64,000 nt of DNA, from positions 3,671 through 67,670 of the forward strand of contig DATGJQ010000063.1 of NCBI GenBank assembly GCA_035295105.1. Direction: 5' to 3'. Positions 54,910-62,128 of the stretch are shown piece by piece. The notes below the pieces were generated by a model, which was not told where the DNA came from, made no database searches, and was given only the letters and a program-made list of their open reading frames with translations. The first letter of the stretch is position 1. Every line of letters starts with the position of its first letter. The position numbers were made by a program, and so were the translations under genes. The stretch is from Candidatus Acidiferrales bacterium. GTDB taxonomy: Bacteria; Acidobacteriota; Terriglobia; Acidiferrales; UBA7541.

Positions 54910-54929
54910 TATCATGATATGTCATGATA
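54910..54929. promoter_or_regulatory. tandem palindromic 10-mers, candidate antitoxin operator
   Basis: TATCATGATA (a perfect palindrome) is directly followed by TGTCATGATA. The pair lies just upstream of, or overlapping, the antitoxin start, with a TTGATG -35-like hexamer at 54904. Confidence 0.45.
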
Positions 54930-54931
54930 GG

Positions 54932-55186
54932 ATGTGCGGTGAGTACGAGCGAGCGATCGTGTCCCAAACCCGCGAAAAATTCGCGACCCAGGTCAACACC
55001 GAAATCCTTTCGGCTGTGCGCAAACTTGCCGAACAAGAAGGCCGGCAGCTTCAGGCGTTAATGGATGAAGCTCTGGCCGATCTTATTGAGAAGCGCAAGA
55101 ACGCCAATCCCCGCTCGCATGTAATGGGCGCATACCTCGCCAGCAACGAACGCTATAGTTCTCTATACAAGAAGCTCGCTGAATGA
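54932..55186 (+). CDS. ribbon-helix-helix antitoxin (Phd-role partner of Doc)
   Basis: KFATQVNTEILSAVRKLAEQEGRQLQALMDEALADLIEKR fits the RHH strand-helix-helix plan. Its stop overlaps the doc start (ATGA). The start is uncertain: ATG 54914, ATG 54932 or GTG 54959. Confidence 0.65.
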   Translation: MCGEYERAIVSQTREKFATQVNTEILSAVRKLAEQEGRQLQALMDEALADLIEKRKNANPRSHVMGAYLASNERYSSLYKKLAE

Positions 55187-55581
55187 GCGATTTTCTGACC
55201 GTGGCCGAAGTTCTGGCCATGCATGCCGATCTCATTGAACGCTACGGTGGAGTACATGGCGTGAGGGATCGGGGACTTTTGGAAGCAGCGCTGTTCAGAC
55301 CTCAATCCGGCTACTACGCGGATGCAATTGAAGAAGCCGCTGCTCTCTGGGAAAGTCTTTCGCAGAATCATCCCTTTGTTGACGGCAACAAGCGAACAGC
55401 GTTCGCCGCCGCAAACGTGTTTCTCGCGATCAATGGGATTCGGCTGGAAGCGGATGATCGCGAGGCCGCGGCTTTTCTTGTGCCTCTGTACGAATCAAAC
55501 CAGCTCAACTTTGAGAATCTGGTGCGGTGGCTAAGAACTCATGTCTCGGCAGATCCAGGTTCACAGTGGCGCATGCTTTAG
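55183..55581 (+). CDS. doc: death-on-curing (Doc) Fic-fold toxin
   Basis: Doc-type Fic motif HPFVDGNKRTAFAAANVFL, with N-terminus LTVAEVLAMHADLIERYGG. 132 aa. The last five codons and the stop lie inside the right-hand REPIN. Confidence 0.9.
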   Translation: MSDFLTVAEVLAMHADLIERYGGVHGVRDRGLLEAALFRPQSGYYADAIEEAAALWESLSQNHPFVDGNKRTAFAAANVFLAINGIRLEADDREAAAFLVPLYESNQLNFENLVRWLRTHVSADPGSQWRML

Positions 55582-55645
55582 CTTGCGACGTTTCGTTATT
55601 GTAGAAAAAACAAAAAGCCATTCCGCAAGCTAAAGCGTGCGCCAC
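55566..55645. repeat. REPIN-like inverted doublet, family C (right flank of TA cassette)
   Basis: GTGGCGCATGCTTTAGCTTGCGACGTTTCGTTATTGTAGAAAAAACAAAAAGCCATTCCGCAAGCTAAAGCGTGCGCCAC. Confidence 0.92.
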
Positions 55646-55651
55646 AACGGC

Positions 55652-56425
55652 TCACCGCTTCGGCGCCACCAACGCAAAAAACGCACCTTGCGGATCGAAG
55701 CACTGCACAATCCAGCTCCCGCCGGGAACTTCGATCGGGCCGTGTACAACTTTCCCGCCACCCTGCTTGACGCGCGCCACCGCAGCATCGACGGCATCCA
55801 CGTTGAAGTAATAGGTCCAGCAAGGCACCGGCAACTCCGGAGGCTTGTTCATCATTCCACCGACCGGCGCGCCTCCAGTCGCAAAGAGCTGGTAAATTCC
55901 CATGGGGCCCATGTCCATGGCGTCCGCTTTGGTCCAGCCGAAAAGCCCGGAATAAAACGTCCAGGCCGCATCCAGATTCCCTGCGTACAATTCGTGCCAG
56001 CCCACGTGACCTGCGGCATTCGCTGCCGCCTGCGCGGGAACGGGGCCGCCCATCCCTTTGAAAAGCAGAAACACGGCGCCGTGCGGATCGGCAGCCACCG
56101 CGAAGCGTCCCACGCCGGGAATATCCGTGGGAGCCCGGCGAATCGCGCCGCCCGCTGCCTTCACGCGCGCGGCATAGGCGTCCACATCATCTACCCCGAT
56201 GTATCCCGACCAGCATGGCGGCACGCCCATGGCGCGCACGTCATCGGGAAGCGTCATCAGCCCGGCCACCATCGACGGCCCCGCGGAAAAAAGTATGTAG
56301 GAGCGGTCCGGCATCCCGGAATCCTTCGCGGTCCATCCGACCACGCTGGTGTAAAAAGCTTCGGCGGCTTTGGTGTCAGTGGTCATTAAGTCGTACCAAA
56401 CAAATTTTCCGGTCGCGTCAGCCAT
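55652..56425 (-). CDS. VOC-family (glyoxalase/bleomycin-resistance fold) protein, two-domain
   Basis: ATG 56425 after AAAGGAG. The block GKFVWYDLMTTDTKAAEAFYTSVVGWT recurs as GHVGWHELYAGNLDAAWTFYSGLFGWT, indicating a tandem VOC module. Confidence 0.8.
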   Translation of the reverse strand: MADATGKFVWYDLMTTDTKAAEAFYTSVVGWTAKDSGMPDRSYILFSAGPSMVAGLMTLPDDVRAMGVPPCWSGYIGVDDVDAYAARVKAAGGAIRRAPTDIPGVGRFAVAADPHGAVFLLFKGMGGPVPAQAAANAAGHVGWHELYAGNLDAAWTFYSGLFGWTKADAMDMGPMGIYQLFATGGAPVGGMMNKPPELPVPCWTYYFNVDAVDAAVARVKQGGGKVVHGPIEVPGGSWIVQCFDPQGAFFALVAPKR

Positions 56426-56503
56426 GATTGGCACTCCTTTTGCTTTCTCTGGAAGGCGGCCTTCAGGGTGCCGCACCCCTGCCCGATTTGCAAGCGCGTT
56501 CCA

Positions 56504-56667
56504 GTAGCACAGCGACTCCTCGCTGTGCGATTTTTGCAGATGAAAGTAGAAGACGACGAAGCGAGGATCAACAAATTTTTGCGTGCCGCATCACAATTTG
56601 CCAACGCCATCGCGCGCCGTCCCACTGGCATCGTTCAAAACCGCACAGCGATGAGTCGCTGTGCTAC
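56504..56667. repeat. REPIN-like inverted doublet with long spacer, family F
   Basis: GTAGCACAGCGACTCCTCGCTGTGCG (56504-56529) ... CGCACAGCGATGAGTCGCTGTGCTAC (56642-56667). Confidence 0.8.
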
Positions 56668-56754
56668 CTTACCCCTTTTGCGCGACTCCGGATTATCATT
56701 CACCGCGTGAGTCCGTCGAACCCGCAACCGCGGGACAAACGCGAAAGGCCCACC

Positions 56755-57885
56755 ATGCCAACGCCGCCCAATCTCCTGGCGCACAGCGCCATGTTTGCTC
56801 TTCAGCCGCAAGCTCCGTCACCCCCCGCCGCAAAGAAAAAAGTGATCTACGACCAGGACCACCGCGGCCCGCTCTCCACGGACACCGTCGCCACCCTGAT
56901 GCTGCTGCAAGCCGACAACATCGACCTGCTGGGCATTTGCACGGTGAGCTGCGATATGTGGGCCCGGCAGGAAACAGCCTACGCCCTGCGCCTCCTGGAA
57001 CTGATGGGCCGGCCGGAAATTCCCGTGTTCATGGGCGCGCAGGAACCGCTGCTCAACACCAAGGCCGAGGCCCAGAAGCGCTACGAAATGTTCGGCGCGC
57101 GATCGCTCGGCGACGAAGGCTATGTCGGCTGCTTCGCCAAAGACGCCCCGGGCCGCGACGAACTGAATCTGCTACCGCCGCCCTACAATCGCTTCGCACA
57201 GATCAAGGCACATCCTGAGCCGGCCGCCGATTTCATCATCCGCACCATTCGCGCGAATCCCAACGAAGTGACGATGTACTGCGGCGGTCCCATGACCAAT
57301 CTCGCGCTGGCCATAATGCTCGCCCCGGACATTGTGCCCATCACCAAAGAAGTAATCTTCATGGGCGGTGGCGTTCACCATTCCACGAGTTCGGTCAACG
57401 TGTACTTCGACGCCGAAGCCGCCAAGATCGGCTTCCGCGCCCCCTGGCCCAAGTTCACTCTGGTCACCACCGACCTCGCCGAAGAAGTGCACATGCAGGA
57501 CGACGGCAAGGTCGACGCGATAGTTGATCGCGCGCACGCACCGATCGCCGATCTCTTCCGCGAGTACGAACAGAAACCGCAGCGCGCCAACCCGCAGCGC
57601 CGGTCGTTCCGCATGCCCGACGAAATGATGGCCGCGCACGTAATCGATCCATCGATTTTCGCGGGCTACGACGATATGTACATCGATATCGTGACGCACA
57701 ACGACGGCCACTATGGCGACACATCCTTCTGGGACGGCAATTGGAAAAACGAAAACGGCGACTTGGCGGGACAAAACAACCCCAGCGCCAAAGCCGGCCG
57801 CGTGCAGGTTCTGAACGGCATCGACAAGAAGCGCTTTCGCGAATTGTTCACGGACTTGATGACCAGGCCCATCAACCGGATTTAA
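56755..57885 (+). CDS. nucleoside-hydrolase-like protein (divergent IUNH family), no signal peptide
   Basis: VIYDQDHRGPLSTDTVATLMLLQADNIDLLGICTV...MYCGGPMTNLALAI has the overall IUNH layout. ATG 56755. The track's upstream extension crosses a REP doublet. Confidence 0.65.
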   Translation: MPTPPNLLAHSAMFALQPQAPSPPAAKKKVIYDQDHRGPLSTDTVATLMLLQADNIDLLGICTVSCDMWARQETAYALRLLELMGRPEIPVFMGAQEPLLNTKAEAQKRYEMFGARSLGDEGYVGCFAKDAPGRDELNLLPPPYNRFAQIKAHPEPAADFIIRTIRANPNEVTMYCGGPMTNLALAIMLAPDIVPITKEVIFMGGGVHHSTSSVNVYFDAEAAKIGFRAPWPKFTLVTTDLAEEVHMQDDGKVDAIVDRAHAPIADLFREYEQKPQRANPQRRSFRMPDEMMAAHVIDPSIFAGYDDMYIDIVTHNDGHYGDTSFWDGNWKNENGDLAGQNNPSAKAGRVQVLNGIDKKRFRELFTDLMTRPINRI

Positions 57886-57990
57886 GTGGAACAGACTTCA
57901 GGCTGTCAGGTGTTGAAGTCCATTGCCCAGTGCGGAAATTGCAGAACCGAAGTCAGAGGTCAGAAACGAACAGACTGAACTCTGTTCCAC
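57886..57990. repeat. REPIN-like inverted doublet (family K)
   Basis: GTGGAACAGACTTCAGGCTGTC ... GAACAGACTGAACTCTGTTCCAC. The preceding GATTTAA supplies the upstream gene's last codon and its stop. Confidence 0.75.
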
Positions 57991-58004
57991 AAAAAGCGAG
58001 CCCT

Positions 58005-59252
58005 ATGCCCACCACACGCCGCGATTTCATTAAAACCGTAGGAGCAGCGATCGCCACGTCGCGAATCGCCCAGGAGGTCGAGAACGTAGCGGAGGCTTCC
58101 TCACTTCCTGTGCCCCCATCCGCCGCGCAGCAATCCGGCGCAAAACGCCAAGTCATCTACGACCAGGACAATTCCGGCCCGTTCGGCACGGACATCCTCG
58201 GCACGCTGATGATGCTGCAAGCGGACAACGTCGATCTGCTCGGCATCACGCTGGTGACCGGCGATGCGTGGATGAAGCAGGAAATGGCCTTCACGCTGCG
58301 CCTGCTGGAAATGATGGGCCGCAGCGAGATTCCGGTCTACGCCGGCGCCGAATTTCCCATGCTCAATACCAAAGAAGAATGGCAGTTGCGCCAGCAACTC
58401 TACGGCGGACATCGCCTCGATCCGTGGATGGGCGCGTTCAATCGCGCAAATGGCGGTCCCGATGAAATCAAGCCCTTGCCGCCGCCCTACGATCGATTTG
58501 CGGAAATTAAAGCGCAAGAAGAGCACGCCGCGCGATTCATCATCAAGACGGTTCGCGCCAACCCAGGCCAGGTGACCATCTACGCCGGTGGCCCGCTCAC
58601 TAATCTTGCGCTGGCGATAGCTCTCGCGCCGGACATTGTGCCGCTGGTCCACGAATTGGTGCTCATGGGCACCGGCTTCCACATGTTCACGAATACGTTC
58701 AACATCTTCTTCGACCCGGAATCGGCGCGAAAAGTTTTGCGCGCCGGATGGCCGAAATGCAGCATCGTCCCCGTGGACCTCGCCGAAGAAATTCACGAGG
58801 GCGACGAATTCACCCCGGGCCGCGCCATGATCGAAGAAATCGCCGCGCGCGCCCAGAGTCCGATCTCCGATCTGTTCAAGACCTATGCCATCGACCCACT
58901 GCGCAAAAATCCCGGCATGCACTTTTTTCGCATGGCCGACGAGATGATTGCGGTGCAGGTAATCGACCCGGGAGTTTTCACCAAATCCGCCGAGATGTAC
59001 GTAGACATCTGCACGACACCGGGCCCGCGCTACGGCGATGCCATGTTCTGGCCAAAAAATTGGCAGGACGTTCCGGCCACCGCAAAGCTGCCGGTCTCCG
59101 CGGCCGATCGCCGCGTGTTCGTCAACCCGCGCCAGTACTACATGGGCCCGCCACCGTCGGCGGGATTGGTGCACGTACTACAGGAACTCGATCGCGACCG
59201 TTTCAAAAAGCTTTTCGTGGAGCTGATGACCAAGCCAGTCAGAAAAGCCTGA
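58005..59252 (+). CDS. nucleoside-hydrolase-like protein (divergent IUNH family) with twin-arginine signal
   Basis: MPTTRRDFIKTVGAAIATSRIAQ is a Tat motif (TRRDFIK). It is followed by VIYDQDNSGPFGTDILGTLMMLQADNVDLLGITLV...IYAGGPLTNLALAI, paralogous to the upstream gene. Confidence 0.7.
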   Translation: MPTTRRDFIKTVGAAIATSRIAQEVENVAEASSLPVPPSAAQQSGAKRQVIYDQDNSGPFGTDILGTLMMLQADNVDLLGITLVTGDAWMKQEMAFTLRLLEMMGRSEIPVYAGAEFPMLNTKEEWQLRQQLYGGHRLDPWMGAFNRANGGPDEIKPLPPPYDRFAEIKAQEEHAARFIIKTVRANPGQVTIYAGGPLTNLALAIALAPDIVPLVHELVLMGTGFHMFTNTFNIFFDPESARKVLRAGWPKCSIVPVDLAEEIHEGDEFTPGRAMIEEIAARAQSPISDLFKTYAIDPLRKNPGMHFFRMADEMIAVQVIDPGVFTKSAEMYVDICTTPGPRYGDAMFWPKNWQDVPATAKLPVSAADRRVFVNPRQYYMGPPPSAGLVHVLQELDRDRFKKLFVELMTKPVRKA

Positions 59253-59285
59253 GTTTTCGTGGCGCCGGCAAAAACGCCTTGTTTT

Positions 59286-59377
59286 GTCATTCTGAGCGAA
59301 GCGAAGAATCTCTCATGGTTTCTGCTCCATCTCCACGGATAGAGCGAAGAGAGATTCTTCGCTTCGCTCAGGATGAC
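59286..59377. repeat. inverted doublet of family H element
   Basis: GTCATTCTGAGCGAAGCGAAGAATCTCTC ... GAGAGATTCTTCGCTTCGCTCAGGATGAC. Confidence 0.85.
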
Positions 59378-59492
59378 AGCGTTCTGGGTACTCCTCAGCG
59401 TGTTACACGCGACAATCGTAGACCTGGAGAACGAGGGCTTCGGCCCGCAAGTCAGGAATTTGAATGACTAGCCATGATGACACGGCTTCATT

Positions 59493-60536
59493 TCAAATTG
59501 CCTGCCGCGCTCTCGCCGCAATCCCGCACGCCTCCGCCAACAACCGGTACGAGCGCTGCCGCGCCTGATAGTCGTGCAGCACCGAGATCGCCATGACTTC
59601 CTCAACGTGCAACCGGCCGGCCATGCGCTCCAGCTCATCGCGCACCTGCTCCGGCGCGCCCACCACGTATCGCGGCCACTCACCGCGCCCGCGTGCCACC
59701 GAGTCCGCTTCCTCACCCGCGCCGGAAAGCTCGGCAATGGCGCGCTCCGGCGTCGGCACCGGAAGCCGCTTGCCCTCCAGGCGAATGCGACGGATATGCA
59801 GTTGCGTGCTGCTGTACAGGCGCTGTGCTTCGGCTTCCGTGTCCGCGCAAATCACTCCCGGCGCGACGATGGCGCGCGGCGCGCTCAGAAATTCGGAAGG
59901 CTGAAAATGGGAGCGATAAAACTCCAGCGAGGAGGGCGTCTCCTCCGGCGTGATGAAATGCGCGAACGCGTAAGGCAATCCCAGCTTCGCGGCCGCCGCC
60001 GCGCTCCACGAACTGGAACCAAGCAGCCATACTTCCGGCGCGCCGGGCATGTCCGGCGAAACTTTGATGCGCGCGAAAGGATGCTCCGGCGGAAACCCGC
60101 GGTGCAGAAACGCCAGTAGCTCCATGAGCTGCTCTGCAAAATCGTCGTTCTGCGGACGATCGCTGCGCTCGCGCCGCAGCGCAAATGCCTCCAGGCCGCT
60201 GCCTCCAGGCGCGCGCCCGATGCCCAGATCGATGCGGCCGGGATACATCGCGTGCAGCATGCGAAATGTTTCCGCAACCTTGAACGGGCTGTAATGCGGC
60301 AAGAGCACGCCGCCGGAACCCAGGCGAATGCCGGAGGTTTCCGCCCCAAGTCGCGCGATCAGGATCTCCGGCGCCGGACTCGCCAGCGTCACGATCGCGT
60401 GATGCTCGGCTATCCAGTAGCGCTCGTAGCCCAGATGATCCGCAAGCCGCGCCAATTCAACCGTATTTTGCAGCGCGTCCGCCGGCGTGTAACCCTCGGA
60501 CACCGGCGACTGGTCCAGAACAGAAAGCTTTAGCAT
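59493..60536 (-). CDS. LLM-class (luciferase-like) flavin-dependent oxidoreductase
   Basis: MLKLSVLDQSPVSEGYTPADALQNTVELARLADHLGYERYWIAEHH is the typical N-terminus of the MsnO8-type LLM family. 347 aa. Confidence 0.85.
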   Translation of the reverse strand: MLKLSVLDQSPVSEGYTPADALQNTVELARLADHLGYERYWIAEHHAIVTLASPAPEILIARLGAETSGIRLGSGGVLLPHYSPFKVAETFRMLHAMYPGRIDLGIGRAPGGSGLEAFALRRERSDRPQNDDFAEQLMELLAFLHRGFPPEHPFARIKVSPDMPGAPEVWLLGSSSWSAAAAAKLGLPYAFAHFITPEETPSSLEFYRSHFQPSEFLSAPRAIVAPGVICADTEAEAQRLYSSTQLHIRRIRLEGKRLPVPTPERAIAELSGAGEEADSVARGRGEWPRYVVGAPEQVRDELERMAGRLHVEEVMAISVLHDYQARQRSYRLLAEACGIAARARQAI

Positions 60537-60551
60537 GGCCTCACTTTTTCA

Positions 60552-60630
60552 GTAGGACAGGCTTCAGCCTGTCAGATTTAGTCTAGCGTCAGGCGCAAAT
60601 CTAAACCAGACAGGCTAAAGCATGTCCTAC
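60552..60630. repeat. REPIN-like inverted doublet, family B
   Basis: GTAGGACAGGCTTCAGCCTGTC ... GCGCAAATCTAAACCAGACAGGCTAAAGCATGTCCTAC. Confidence 0.88.
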
Positions 60631-60672
60631 TGCTGCACGCCGAAGGCGGGCGGGGGAATAGGTGACTGTCGT

Positions 60673-60970
60673 CTAAACCGTCGGCACCTCGAAAAAATCC
60701 CTGCGCGCCTGCAATTCATCATCGCTCAGCCGCGCGTCATAGATCGATCTCGGCTCAATCGTTCGAGCCACCAGCGTCGCCAGCCCGACGGCCAGCAAAA
60801 GAGGCAGAATGAAAGACCGATATTGCCCCGTCAATTCCATCATCATAACCACGGTGGAGACCGGCCCCTGCGTGGTCGCCGCTAAAACCGTCCCCGCTCC
60901 AATCACACCACGACCACGCATATCCCAAAACGCCGCCCAGCATGGCCCCAACGGTCAGCGACACGCAACA
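60673..60970 (-). pseudogene. remnant of a ClC-type chloride channel gene (5'-truncated, frameshifted)
   Basis: Two overlapping frames together encode only the last ~95 aa of a ClC. These are SLTVGAMLGGVLGYAWS (frame of ORF 60755..60964) and IGAGTVLAATTQGPVSTVVMMMELTGQYRSFILPLLLAVGLATLVARTIEPRSIYDARL (ORF 60673..60951). The ~330 N-terminal residues are absent. Confidence 0.75.
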
Positions 60971-61068
60971 ACGTTACAGGAATCATGTCGTGAGAGTTCG
61001 CCGGTGGCGTGCCCGGCGGTGTAGGGAGAGTGGACAATGCGATCGCTGCTTTCCTGTGCGACGCTAAA

Positions 61069-61147
61069 GTAGGACAGGCTTCAGCCTGTCTGGTTTTGTC
61101 GAGCGGTATGCGCAAATCTAAACCAGACCGGCTGAAGCCCATCCTAC
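61069..61147. repeat. REPIN-like inverted doublet, family B
   Basis: GTAGGACAGGCTTCAGCCTGTCTGGTTT ... GCGCAAATCTAAACCAGACCGGCTGAAGCCCATCCTAC. The last C is the first base (complement) of the VWA gene's stop codon. Confidence 0.88.
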
Positions 61148-62109
61148 TAATGAATGTAATACCCGTTCTTCGCCAGAATCGTGTAGTCCTTCCCCTTTTT
61201 CCCGAACGACGACGCCAGACGCACATCCAGCTTGTGCGGCTTGCCCTCGGCCCCGCTGGCCGAGGTGTAGTAGCCCAGCGTATAGCGCGTCTTGATGCGC
61301 TGAATCAGCGCGCTGAAGACGGTGTCCAGATGCTGCACATCCTGCACATCGAACAATTCTCCGCCCGTCGCCTCCATCACCTTATGAATGTTCACCAGGC
61401 CGGGAGTCATCGCCGAATGCAGCAGGGTGCCGGGCGGATTGTATCCAGGGATTTTCAAATTGTATAAAACTGAATCCGAAGCAATCGCCTCGGTAACGAT
61501 GTCGCGAGTTCCCTGCCCGCCGGCGTCCGTTCCCACATCGTCGCTGATCAGAATAATCACGCGGCGTCCGACCGGGGGCTGCTTCAACAGGTACTCGGCG
61601 GCGACGAAGATGCCGTCGTTGATATTGGTGGCCCCGCGCGCTTCAAAGGTAGCGATCTGATCGGCCACCTTGTGCTTATCTTTAGTAAGCGGTATGCGCA
61701 TCTGCGCGTCGGTGGCAAACGTAAACAGCGCCACCTGATCGTCACTCTTCAGTGCGGAAAGGGCGATGGTCGCCGCATCGCGCAGCGGCCCCAAAAACGG
61801 CTCGATCGAGTCGCTGAGGTCCAGGACCAGCGCCACGTCGATCCGCAGTTCGTCGCGATTGAAAACATCGAGCTTTTGGGCCACGCCGTCGTCACGCACC
61901 TCAAAATCGTCCTTCTTGAGGTTGGCCATGATCTGGCCATCCTTCGTTTTCACCGTCGCATCTACCAGAACGAGATTGACCGCGACGCGAATCGTGCCCT
62001 GGTCCGGGGCCTGCTCCTGCGCCGCACGCAACGGGAATGAAGCGGCCAAAATCACGAAACATAATGCAACTTGCTTGAATTTAGACATTGGTTGAGTCTG
62101 CATGAACAT
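61147..62109 (-). CDS. secreted VWA-domain protein (acidobacterial VWFA-related type)
   Basis: Signal peptide FKQVALCFVILAASFPLRAAQ. The MIDAS-like block is VALVLDLSDSIEP, then ATNINDGI and VIILISDD. Confidence 0.8.
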   Translation of the reverse strand: MFMQTQPMSKFKQVALCFVILAASFPLRAAQEQAPDQGTIRVAVNLVLVDATVKTKDGQIMANLKKDDFEVRDDGVAQKLDVFNRDELRIDVALVLDLSDSIEPFLGPLRDAATIALSALKSDDQVALFTFATDAQMRIPLTKDKHKVADQIATFEARGATNINDGIFVAAEYLLKQPPVGRRVIILISDDVGTDAGGQGTRDIVTEAIASDSVLYNLKIPGYNPPGTLLHSAMTPGLVNIHKVMEATGGELFDVQDVQHLDTVFSALIQRIKTRYTLGYYTSASGAEGKPHKLDVRLASSFGKKGKDYTILAKNGYYIH

Positions 62110-62128
62110 TCAAATTCCACACGGTTTT

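Noticed and set aside
56428-56754. Upstream extensions of track ORFs: 56428..56754 on the first nucleoside hydrolase, and likewise 57741..58004, 51915..52034 and 38585..38764.
   Set aside because: The extensions run through REP doublets or intergenic sequence. They are Arg/Ser/Pro-rich and lack homology. Internal ATGs with better context give canonical N-termini.
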